The notes under the pieces were generated by a model. It was not told the origin of the DNA and made no database searches. It saw nothing but the letters and a program-made list of their open reading frames with translations. DNA of 64,000 nt from Takakia lepidozioides (lineage: Eukaryota > Plantae > Bryophyta), in contig CM060732.1 in the NCBI GenBank assembly GCA_030704615.1, forward strand, positions 51,956,001 through 52,020,000, written 5' to 3'. This document shows positions 26,076 through 38,060 of this stretch, one piece after another. Position 1 is the first letter of the stretch. The number at the start of each line of letters is the position of its first letter. The position numbers and the translations under genes were made by a program.

Positions 26076-28344
26076 GGTAATAAGCATTTTTGAGGTCTAC
26101 AACTACATGAACTACATGATGATATAAACTCTCACTCATTTACAGAAGAATGTGCAGAAGAGGACTCGCAGCGTTGCCTGTTCCATGGACTGAGACGGGC
26201 TCCCTTCAGAAGCTTAGAAGCCCTTGGCAGTTTTGTTGTGCCTTTCAAAGAAGTGCACAGTGCACAGCACGAAATGTCAGAGTTAAGTTAGTCTGAGTAA
26301 GACATTGTACAAAACTGTTGAACGCGGCTGTCAATGGCACTGCTGATTGAAAACCACGCTCTTTGCATCCCACCATGCTGGATCTCAGATTTCATGCGCC
26401 ATTTGGCTTGGACGGTACTGGTGAGACTCATGAGACGGAGACCAGTACTGCACTCGAGCTGGAAAGTCTGCGATCGTTGCCAAGACTACAAACCCGCTGC
26501 TAGGGTTTGATGTTGTCAGCGCAAAGATTGCTCCGAGCTTTCACATTTCCCGGAGGAATCAGCAGACCTAGGTGAGTAGCAGTTCCCAAAGCAACGGCCT
26601 CCAATAAACTCAGCAATCCTATCCTTAGGAAAAGACATAGCGAGCAGGTGAAGCATTGAATGCAAGAAAGGGAATGAATCCTCAAAAATGTTAAGAACAA
26701 GCAAACAAACAGCAGCAGAATACCTAGAAGTTACGCCGCATTAAACAGCATCACATCCTTAACTAACTCACCCATCCCGACACTAATCGGATTTATCGTT
26801 TGCGGCTGCGTTTACTACCCCCTAATTATCTTACTAGTTATGTTTATTAGGTCTTCCATAACTAATCTTAATTACACGAACGTTAGTTATAATTAACCTT
26901 CCCGCGCTCTGGCATTCTGATGAATAAACATGGGATGAATGACTGTGGTCGCGGTCATCCATCCGCGCGGAGCTCACATGACCCACGACCCGTCCAAATA
27001 TAGCCATGTACGGTCCCACCGCTCTATTTTATTGTGGCCGTATATATTTTAAAAATTAAAATAATAATTAAAAAAACTACTAACAGATCCTCTCTGGCGG
27101 ACAGATCTCTGGGTTCATTCGGGATGAACAGAATCAAGAGTCTGGATGGATGAATTCATCTGAAAATATTGGCCTTAATCTTTAAGACATATAGATTCTC
27201 TTAGTATACTTTTTTGCTTTAATTGTTTTGGGTTTTTTCTTAAAAAAAATTGAACAGGGGACAGCAGCCCTGGATGGAAATTTTATGGTTTCCAAGGATT
27301 TTTTTTCTTTTTTTATACTGTTCGTACTGTATATAATGTTGTTGATAATATTTTCTGTTTCTATAAATCCCATGGAGCACCCTTATCACACATTCCATTC
27401 CACCCATTTATATCCAAGTGAAGCCAATAATAAACGAGGAGAAAGTTTGGAAGACTGGGTTGAGATCCACTGCTGGCTGATAGACCAGGTATGTGGACCA
27501 TCTTTTGTTAACTCCCTTGCAGTACAAGTTGGCCAAAGAGAAGAGCCTGTTTGAGCACCAACCCCTCTGGCCTCCCCGAATCAACTCACTCAGGATGACG
27601 GTGGCCCTGCGCGAGATTTCAGTGCGCTTTCATGCTTTGAGTTTGCGAGGATTGGTGCCATTCAGCTCAGAGGATGGACCATACAAGTCTTTTGCTAGGA
27701 GGGATGAGGACGTTGCTAGGATGGTTGAGGACCTTGCTAAGAGCGTTGAGGACGTGGCAGAAGGGTTGAGGACCTTGCTGCTAAGGTCTGACACAGATGA
27801 TCCAATTGGAGAAGGCTCAATTGATGATGGAGAGGATGGCGGCTTGCATGGATAGGATGTTGCCGTTTTATTGTACGGTCTTGACACGTTCCGCTTTGGA
27901 AGATGATGGCCGTGGAGCGGACGTATTGTCGAATTTTCAGTGGATGATGTGCAAACTGGAATGAGAGAACAAGAGTAAGAGGAGATGTTGAAGAATATTT
28001 CTAACCTTATTGTTGTTTCTTGCTATTTTATATGTAGCTGCAGCAGGCACATAAGGAGTACTTGAAGGGCGCAGGACCTGTCTAACCTTTTTGTGGTGAT
28101 GTCAAATTTTGTACAGAACTGCTTTGTTTCAGCCATGATATCCTGAGAATATAGTGTGGATTCATGTCTGAAATCTTGAGCGTAAATATTTTTGACATGA
28201 CTGGTTTGATCCAACGCGAATTATTTGAGTATGTATTGTGAAATCATGCTTGAATATATTTGAGTAATCCGCTAAGTTGTTCCCTGAAGTGGGGGACTTT
28301 AAAGAAAAAGAAAAAAGTTGTGAAGGCAACATGTCAAATCAAAT

Positions 28345-28570
28345 CTCGGGAGAGTTGGGAAGTACCAAGATATGGATGACTTGTCCTTTCAAATACCATC
28401 CCTTGGAGCCGGAAGGACCAAGATTGAATTGGTGTAGTCATCCATATGATAGGTGTGGATGAATGACTCGTCACTATCAAATTGCATCTAGTGGGGAGTC
28501 GGGGAGGACCAAGATTGAGTTGGTGTAGTCATTCATATGACTAGGTGTGGATGGATGACTCGTCCTCTTC
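28345..28570. repeat. Degenerate tandem repeat (2-3 units)
   Basis: GGACCAAGATTGAxTTGGTGTAGTCATxCATATGAxxGGTGTGGATGxATGACTCGTC occurs at about 28414 and 28505, with a partial unit at about 28350. Confidence 0.7.
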
Positions 28571-29058
28571 TCAATGTCTGCATCCATCCAGTGGGTTTCC
28601 TTGGATTCTGTTCTCGTCACTGATGACAAGATTTTGTTTTGAAGGTGAGTGGGGGAGGAAGGTCGATAAGCCTGCATTGTTTTTAATGTGAAAATGGGGG
28701 AAATAAATCCTGGCAATTATTCCATCTAGTTAGGCGTCACGATTCACGTCGGGGATGAGCAAAGTTTCAATTGCGGGGATAAATTAGTTATATTGATCCT
28801 TTTCTCCTCTCACTATGGCTCGATTTGTGAGCTGTCGCTCCCAGGTGTTTCCCTTAAAAACAAAGAAAAAAAGAGAGACCGAACATACAATGCTTTCCTC
28901 GTGCGAGGAGTTTTTCTTTCTCAAGACATAATTTATAAATAAAATTTAAGGTTGTCCCTCCTTAAGAAAGGGTTTCAATTGTGAGCGGTCATGCTCCCGG
29001 CCTGGTTTCCCATTAAAATAAAATACAAGATAAACTAATTATTTGTTGCCGCAATATA

Positions 29059-29630
29059 GACGGCTGCTGTTTGCATGGCTGGTCGGATCGAGGGAAATTA
29101 TTGGAGTCAATCATAATCCGTTTCCAACTTTCTACTAGTGTGCAATTCCGTGGGCCCGTACCGTTCCCATCCCTATGGACACCCCTAATAGCAGCCCCAA
29201 GTGCACATTTTTTCTTTGTATTTTAGTGCGACCTCCCCCAACAAAATCTTTCTCTGAATTCCCAACAAAATTTCACCTATGATTGACCGACAAGTAGCAG
29301 TCAGACCTCAATTGCAAGCTTTATGTCAACAGCCAATCACCAACTGCCAAGTATAAGATGCACTTTCCTAGTGGAATGTCTTGGAAGGCCCTCCCCCATG
29401 GGTCCTCCTTCACGGAATGCCTATGGCTTCAGAGACGGAATGCACTTTGGGGAGCCCATTTAGTTTGCCCCATTGGCACCCCATTCCATGTTAAATCTTC
29501 GTGCGTAATGTTGACGGCTGTTGTTTGCATGGCTCGTCGGATCGTGGGAAATTATTGGAGTCAATCATAATCCCTTGCAACTTCCTACAAGGTGTGCGAT
29601 TTTGTGGGCCCCTAATGTTCCCATCCTCAT
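29059..29630. repeat. Pair of ~115-bp direct repeats (about 29059-29175 and 29513-29630)
   Basis: Both copies begin GACGGCTGxTGTTTGCATGGCTxGTCGGATCGxGGGAAATTATTGGAGTCAATCATAATCC. Confidence 0.8.
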
Positions 29631-30301
29631 CCACAGCCGGCAAGATGTTTGTAATATTTTTAATTTAATAATATAAAAATACCTAATGTTAGTAAGCCTA
29701 ATAATATGGCCCGGTACTTTTTTTTTTGTTTTTTTAAGCAGGGGTCAGTGGCCGTGGCGGAAATTTATTAATAAGGAAGCAAAACTGGAGACAGCGGGAG
29801 GAAAAAATAACCTCCAAGAAGGCCGCAAAGGCGTATCAAAAGGGGAACTACCCAGCAGCTAGGAGGGATAAGGGGGAATAGCGGGAAGGCAGATTACAAA
29901 GGGGGCCCAAAACCGTGAAAGCTGCAAAACAGCTATGGAGAAGAAGAGGGTCTGAGCTAGAGGCTTATTAGAGCGTCCAGGAATGAAACTAGAATTTAGC
30001 GTCCAAAATCAAGCTGCACTTTGCCATAAATGGTACTAAATATGTAGAGCAGTTTCATTGGGGCCCGGTTCATTCTACAGTGGTCCAGGAATTACTGTGG
30101 GGGCTTATGTAGTAATACTTAATGGTAATAGTACGTTATGGTCAGGAGGTGGTTTTTCTGCCATTTTTGCCCCTCCGTTAAATGGCAGAATATTCGAGTA
30201 GGTAGCAAAATGCTCGAGTAGGTCGCAGAATGCTCCAGCAGGTTGCAGAATGCACGAGTAGTTGACTGTTTCGGGCAGTTTCTGTAGCTGACCATAACGC
30301 G

Positions 30302-30422
30302 ATGGAACGGTCAGGCCGGGCCATTCTGCCCCCTTCGTTGCCCGACCTGAAATTTTGTCTCGGCCGCCAAAATCCACGGCCAGGCAGCTCAGGGGCAGAA
30401 TGGCCCGGCCTGACCGTTCCAT
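30302..30422. repeat. Perfect ~31-bp inverted repeat (hairpin or MITE remnant)
   Basis: ATGGAACGGTCAGGCCGGGCCATTCTGCCCC (30302) pairs with GGGGCAGAATGGCCCGGCCTGACCGTTCCAT (ending 30422). Confidence 0.8.
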
Positions 30423-30506
30423 AGCACCTAATGGTATATATAATATATAATACATCAGTTTAATATAGAGTTTAGAGTTCAGAGTAATGCAATAATAAAG
30501 AGTGTA

Positions 30507-30750
30507 CCAACAGTCAGTAGCTCAGTTGGTAAAGTGCACTGAGTGCCATCCGGATGACCCTGGGGTCAAATCCTGCTACTTGACGGGTGTGGTACGCTCT
30601 TCTCCCCCTTCTCTGCGCAGTGTCGCATCGGAACGCCTTACGGCGAGGTTACTGAGAGGTTATTTTCTCCTCTCTCTCTCTATCAAGGGGCCTGATTTGT
30701 GAGCTGTCGCTCCCAGGTGTTTTCCTTTATAATTTATTTAAAAAAAAAAA
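30507..30750 (+). mobile_element. Full-length tRNA-derived SINE with poly(A) tail and 10-bp TSD
   Basis: A box TAGCTCAGTTGG, B box GGGTCAAATCC, poly(A) tail, and TSD AAAGAGTGTA at 30497-30506 and 30751-30760. The 3' body GATTTGTGAGCTGTCGCTCCCAGGTGTTT also occurs at about 28822-28850. Confidence 0.85.
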
Positions 30751-32585
30751 AAAGAGTGTAAGAAGGCGCAGATGGCGGCAGGGCTGAATAAAGCGCGAGA
30801 TGCTCACAAGAGCCGCCGTCGGAACTTTGGTGGTGGACGACTGCCCGCCCGAACGGAGGGCGACCCGGCACTGCTCTGCCCCGCCCCCGCTCTGTACACG
30901 TCGGTATGCGCGCCCTTTTTGCTCACTGCTCGCACGAGCGTCTTCGCTCTCGTCTCCCTTCCATTCCTTTCCTGCGTTGCACATGCTCGTGCGCAGCTGC
31001 ATTGTAGCCCTGTCGTTTGCGAAGCGACGGAGAAGGTAGAAACTACGAGCTAACGTTGAAGCCTTCACGAGAGAGCTCAAACAGCTTTTGGTAGAAAGGA
31101 CTGTGAATACACGGCTTCTTTAGAGAGAAATAAAAGCCAGAGACAGGGGTGGGGGGGGCTGACAGTAGCGAGGTGAGTTTTGGATGTGAGACGTCCCTTC
31201 TGTTGTCCGGGAAGTGGGAGAAGGAGAAGCTGGGGTGTTTGACGGAGAGAGAGCTAGTTTGTGGAGTGTATGTGAGAGAGTGGCGGGAGAGCTACTGGGC
31301 AATATAACGAGAGAGCATTAGGCAAGTGGAGTCTACTGTGGTAAGATTCGGGTTTTCTGCCTGCATTTTTTAGAAAGGGTAAGAGAGGGAGGTGGGCGGT
31401 GGAACATGCAGGGGCGCACGATAGAGAGGAAAATTTAGAGGTGGAAACTTGGTAATTATGAAGAAATATACGTACGCTTCCTTATCTAGCCGGTCTGCCA
31501 AGAGAAACTACACCGCTTCATTTGAGGTGAGCTAGGCTTTGCTCTCTGCATTGAAAATGTTTACAGACATTTGTTTTGTACGGAATTTCTTTTTGGTGCA
31601 GGTTTGTGGCGCCCAATTGTGTAGCTGTCTAGTATTACAAGAAGAATGATGTTCTTCGCAGTGTAAAGTTGTCAGAGTTTGAACTGTCCACACATTGCAC
31701 ATTGTGATTTTTGACAAGATGTACGATCTGCCGCATGTAGTTGGGGTGCCTGAGTGCTAGTTTACAGTGTCGTTGTGTTTCTGGAGTGTAGGCTAGCCGA
31801 AGGTAAACACCGCCACTACAATTCCTCATGATTTTACTGGTAAAATGGACTGCGGCATAACTCCATTCCACGCCACGCCACATTACCTCAAAGTGTCTTA
31901 GCAGGGACGTACTTACCGCAACTTGAGAGGGACGAAGCTTAGGGATACCGATCGAGAGTGCCCTAGACGACAGTGCCTTCTCGAGAGACTTCCAATTTCC
32001 TGTAATGATTTTGGCAGCTCATCTGTTGGGTTTGTTTCTCTTTTGAAGGCCTCCATTTCTCTCTCTCAACCTCCGTGTCTTCCTTCTCCCTTCCTTCCCC
32101 CCTAAAACTCCTCTACAAACATGGATAGAGAGTTAGTAAATGAGCCCGGATAGAGATTCGTTAGTAGAGAAAAATGCATCTGTTCCTCGGTTCTCAACTA
32201 AGCCCTGTGCATTCAGCTAATTTGGAACTTTTCTTTCGGTTAGTGTCTTTGAAAGGGTCCAGTAAGACAATGTGTTTTGAGGGAAAACACTGATGGAAGC
32301 CTCTCTCGATGTTGCACCGTACCTGGATACCAGTGGCTAAATTGTATATCAAAGTTTTGATTGAATTTGGAGCGACCCTGGGAACGGCGAGTCTCTGGTC
32401 TCCAAAGTCTGTCAGTGCTACTCGTTGATGCTAATGTAGCTTTCTGGCACTTGCCATGATAGAATTCTTGGAGCTCTGGATGTGTCTGGTCAGTAGTTTG
32501 AAATGGGAGTTGCAGTTAACCTGTCACTTTCAATGAATTTCACGGACTAACTCGAAATGACTTGCAGGCGAAGGAAAGGGCCGTG

Positions 32586-35500
32586 ATGATTCCAATCGAT
32601 GAAGAGGAGGGCTTACCTCCAGCAAGGCCTTCTCTCACTGAGACAATAGACTCGCTCTTGGACTCTAAGTCGGAGCTAAACCTGACCTGGGCAGAATCTG
32701 TGCGAGTGATATTGGGGTCGACTGACATGTCATCGCCCAGCTCCAGCAGCAGCAGTGTGTCATCGCCCCCTAGTAGCCCCATGCACGGTCACCAACCGGA
32801 AGATAATCACCTCGACAAAGTGATTGCAGGCCTTGAAGGTGTCATTCTCTTCTTTCTCTTTCATGTGTGCAGCTCCATAGGCCCGGTTGTGCGATATGCC
32901 TGATCTGCTGTGCTGTAGGCTCATTTGATTTATCCAAGATCAACCGGCATAGAGAGTCCATGCAGCCCTTGACCAAGCACAAGCTATGGTGTACTCTGGA
33001 GGGTGTCACTATTTATACTGCAACTATCGTTGGGCTTACAACGTCCAGGGCCTATGAATACTTAATTTTCAAAGAGAGGTTGCCTTTGAGAAATGAGTAC
33101 TGCAATTCAAATGTGGTGAGCTTGGAGAGTACCTCACTGGGGTATTGCAAGTTTTTCCAGATTGCTTAGCATGTATGGAGATTTGTTGAAGCCATTGAGG
33201 AAATGGTTATGTGCACTCATGTCCCAGACAAATGATATCCTGTCTTGCAGGGCTGGGAAGCTAGATATCTAATCTTTTTGTGGTGAATTATTGCAGGTCA
33301 GCTGGTTGTGTTGAAGACAGCTCTGGGAGTATCAGACTCACACCGCCGTGCTACCTTAAACCGAATGCTGGACTTGAAAGGTGGGCTTGACGTCAAGATG
33401 CAGGCCACTTCTCATGCTGGCCCTTCAGATGTGTATTTCCAGGTTTGGTTGGTTGTGATGGTGTCACTTACAGTAGCAAGGGATTATTCCATTTAGGTGA
33501 TGTATCGAGAAACATGCTGGATCTTCTATCTGACATTCTAGTCAACCATGTAGAGCTACTTCTTCCTAAAACTGATTGTGGTCAATTACACTTGCCATGC
33601 CACTGCATACAGGTAATATCCGAGTTTTTTGTCGAGTGCGGCCTTTACTTGCCTCTGAAAAGACTGCACGCATGGGGCCAATTACAACACCAGGCGTGGA
33701 CCTTGTGAAGGTTCCGAGAGCCAGAAAGGACTTCCAATTTGACAGGGTCTTTCTGCCAAGTTGTGTGCAAGGTAAGCGACCACATTATCCTCCCAAAGAT
33801 CCACTAATTCAGGTGTGGAATAACAGGGTGGCACTGAAGTTTTTCAAAGAAATGTGTGCTAGACATAAGTTATCCTTTTCATCAATTGCACTGCTGTGTG
33901 ACTGCAGATGATGTTTTCTCAGAGGTGGAGCCACTTATCAGATCTGCTTTAGATGGTCACAATGTCTGCATCTTTGCATATGGCCAAACAGGGACTGGAA
34001 AGACTTTTACAATGGTATGCGCCACAGCCCATGAGTGTGGAACGTGGTTCTGTAAAATATGTTGTATGTGGATGTTTGTAGAATCACACTAGAAAATCAC
34101 ATCGCAAGGTGCCTAGTATGTCTGGAATCAGGAGTAGCTAACAAATGAAGTTTCCAATCCACGCACCTGCAGAACTATTGCTCTTGAGAATGGCACTAAT
34201 GCAAATCAAGGTAATTTATCTGGACGGATGCAGGAGGGCAGTAATGATCAGCCAGGTGTAGTGCCACACACATTGCAGCGGCTCTTTGATGAAGCCATTT
34301 TTGACACCAATGTGTCTTATGCGTTTTCCCTGAGCATGCTGGAGGTTTATAAAGGCTCATTGCGAGATTTGCTTATCCGACGGCCTAGCCGTCACACGGA
34401 CCCAGCATCTAAATGGTATGCTCACCTTCCCATTCCTGTCTGAGTATTTGTGAAACACTCGTACAAAATGAATCTGTTTTTGCTTCCTTCCTAGGTTTCT
34501 CTTAGGTTTCTCTGAAAATGCTGCTTCTTCAGTTTTCTCAGTTCTGCGTCATTCTTCCACCAAAGCTGGAGAGTCCGCCGTTATCAAGTGGGATGCACTA
34601 ACTTATCTTCTTAATTGTTGTGCTGAATGCAGCCTTTCGATTCAGATGGCTTCAAATGGCTACATTGAAGTTGAAAATTTGACTGAAATGCCTATCCTTG
34701 ATGCCAAGGAGGCAAACAACTTGTTTTTGAAAGGGAGCCACCGTCGGTCCACTGCCTGGACAAATGTCAACGAGACTTCCAGCAGGTCACATTGGTAAGT
34801 GATAGTTTGCCCCTTGTTGTGCCTCCATGAACAATTTCCATGTGAATGCTTATACACATGTGAGATACTTGATATTAGTCACATGTGAGGCACACAAATT
34901 TACCCCAGTTCATGAATAGCTTTTCAGTGTTATACAGAATACAAACTCCTGTATATTGTGTCAACATTTTTGCTACAATTCCTTAAAACCTCATCAGTTG
35001 GCTTAAGAATATTGGTGAGTCAAGGTTGGTTGAAGGTCTAGCAGTGTGTGATTATTTCCACTGACGTACAAAGTACGTGGCTTCAAACAGTTTGCTGCGG
35101 ATCACCATCTCCTGCACGTACATGCTAGACAAAAAAAAATATGTGACAACCAGCAAGCTATGGCTGGTAGATCTTGGTGGTAGTGAACGATTGTTAAGGA
35201 CAAATGCGCAAGGTTTAACACTTGAAGAAGGTAAAGCCATCAATGTGTCATTGTCAGCCTTGGGAGATGTCATCAGTGCACTTCAAAGAAGGCAGCCACA
35301 TGTGCCATACCGGTATGTTTCTCTTATATTATTTCTTGATCTCATGAAGGAGGGAGGTTGGGTGTAATACAAGTGGATGTCATGAGTTTGCAGTTCTGAG
35401 AAACTAGTTCCTGGGGAGAGGGGTGAGAGACACGGTAGTGAGAAAGTCGAGAGGTTTCTGACACTTGTTTTTTGCAATGAATTGCAGAAATAGCAAACTG

Positions 35501-36920
35501 ACCCAAATTTTGCGGGATTCTCTTGGTATGGTGCTCCACCTGCTTGTGAGAATGTGTATGTTGATTCCATTGCTTCCCTCCTCTAAAAGGTCGGGTTGCC
35601 AAGCACAGATGGGAACTGATGTTATCTGAACCGCATTTTGAAGGACTAGACCCCACACAAGTGAATACTTTTCCCACTTTGCACTCAACGTGTTGGGAAC
35701 CCTTAGTAACCTGTTGGTGTCTGTCATGGTCAGGACAAGATTCAAAGACCTTGATGCTAGTGCATGTGAGCCCAAAGGAGGCTGATTTGGGAGAGACAAT
35801 CTGCTCCCTTAGTTTTGCATCTCGTGCACGAGGCACACACCTTGGAAAAGAGTTGTCTCAGGTAAGTTCTATGGATCGAGTTTGTCCAAATCACTTGGGA
35901 AGCCTGCAGACCTTATCTGGAACTGCTGGCCATCATCTTGTGTAAGGATTGTGGCTTCTTTGTTTGAATTTCACGGGTGGCCAAAACTAGACTGCTCTCA
36001 GAATGCCATTAAATTGAGGTGCTAATATTTAATGAGAAAGATGAGAGCACTTTCCATTTCAGATTGTTTATCTGACCTCATGGCTTAGAGATTAGTCCTC
36101 TGTGTTCACCTTGCAGGCGGCAAAGAGAGAGAGAGCAGCAGCTGTGGCGGAGCTCTACAGGCAGATGACCATCTACGAGGGTGAATGTCAGTGCTTACAA
36201 GATAGTATCAAAACCATCGTGGCACTGCTTGACGAGAGACGATCTTTGTTGCCTCTGGACTACTCCCCAGTGCAACCCATGATCACTACTGCATCGGGCA
36301 CAGTGCTGTCTCCCCGAGAAAGGACTCGTAGTAAACTTGATTCCCTGAACAGTGTCCCAAGGTTCATGAGCCCCACAGCAAGTAGTCGGGGGAAGAAAAA
36401 GTTGGAAGAGGAGAACTTGACCCAAGTGTTACAAAGCCCTGGTGATAGGTCGGGAAGAACTCAACGTCCAGTGATGACTCTTGCAGCAGGTCGATCAAAG
36501 CGGGTGCTCAGTCAGAAAAGCGAGGATGTGAAGATGAACACTGTGCACCGATTGGACCAGGCAGCAGCAAAGGCAGCCACAAAGGGAAGATTGGATAGAG
36601 TTCTGTGGCCCACAATGACAAAGGAAGTGTTGAGCCCCTGCGGCACTCCCAAAAGTTCGAAGGTTGGTCCTCCGAAGGCTTGGGTTGGCTCAGTGGACTA
36701 CCAGCCAGAACAAGAGTACAGTCCAAGTTTTGGAAAGTTGATTCTCACTCCCACCAGTCAAAAGTCCTCAACTGATTGTATGGATAAAACCCAGAGTTTG
36801 GACAGATCAGAGATGTCTGTAACGGTCTCTTCTGCAAGAGGGATGACTTCAAGGAGTCGGAGAAGATTGAATATGGAGTGTAACAGCAGCTTATCTGTTG
36901 CCAAGCGTTTTGTGTTTTGA
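32586..36920 (+). CDS. Kinesin-14 family motor protein, 10 exons, ~712 aa
   Basis: Exons 32586-32838, 33297-33380, 33613-33771, 33908-34014, 34234-34415, 34633-34794, 35091-35312, 35488-35525, 35734-35861 and 36117-36920 (2139 nt). Neck [11 protein letters not shown]-loop [21 protein letters not shown] and HVPYRNSKLT. Confidence 0.93.
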
Positions 36921-38060
36921 CAGGCATGCTTGGCTGGGTCGATCCATTTTGAAATGTCTTTGCAATGTCTGATGATGCTTAAAACGTCATCAGTTTCCAG
37001 GTCCTCGACCTTTTCGTCTTGAAGAGCCTGTTCAAGTCGATGTGTACAGTGAAGGGAAACATAAGTTTTCCCAAATTGGCCTCAGATTTGGGAACAGATC
37101 TCAAATCCCAATTATCTTTTTGCCACTGGACATGGCTGGGTGCTATCAAAGACAATAATGTAGAATCCACTTTCATATCGATTGTGAAGTGCAGAATTTC
37201 GGCAGTTTTTGGAAGTGGCCATCCGTCTACTTAATGGATGTATATTCCTGGACCTTTGGGCTGTTTGCGTTAATTATGTTACAGAACTTTCAATTGACAA
37301 GACAATGATATTGCACAAGCTCCTTCTCGGCCCACGGGCTGCTGCACACAATCCCTTTAAATCATCCTTTGTAAGGGGCATGTTCCAAGTGCAAATATGT
37401 TGAGAAAGTGTACATTCGACCCAAAGAAGAGCAAAGAGTAATACTGTCATGGACGATGAGGTTTATTCACTTAGTTATGCACAGGTTTTCAGAGGTTTTA
37501 GCATATGTAGGTCCTTAGGGCTCATTAGCTTTTTGTATTTTGGATACTTCCCATTACACCTTAAACACCGCTTCTTATAGATAGAGCATGGTGTGCAAGA
37601 ACTGTTAGCTAACCTGCAGATAGGTGACTATGAGTAAACTAGGTTAGTAGAAGGACAGTACACCTGATTAATGAATGAATCTCACCTGCCAGAGTACCTT
37701 GCAATTGACTCCCTGTTGATTGTACACGTGTTGTGGGAGTTTTAGCAACCCCTTCCTTGTGAACATTTAGTGGGTGTCTTTCACTCATTCATAACTGTCA
37801 TTCTCCCACCCAAAACAATGTGGATGTGGCAAATGATTAGTCCAGCCTCAACTCTTCACCAACTCTGCAATTATCACGTTCTTCCCAATGTGAAAAGAGA
37901 CTCACATAATTCATTGCTCAACAGCACAATGTACAGAGGCCCAGGGGGATATCATGATGGAATGCATTACACATGCACCCCAAGGTTTCAACTAAGGCCA
38001 ATTCCATCATTCTACTCTATCCATGCCCCAATATCTCCATGGGTCCTCCATGTCCAGGAT

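Noticed and set aside
30512-30585. Possible tRNA gene
   Set aside because: A and B boxes are present but there is no proper cloverleaf. A body, poly(A) tail and TSD follow, so it is a SINE.
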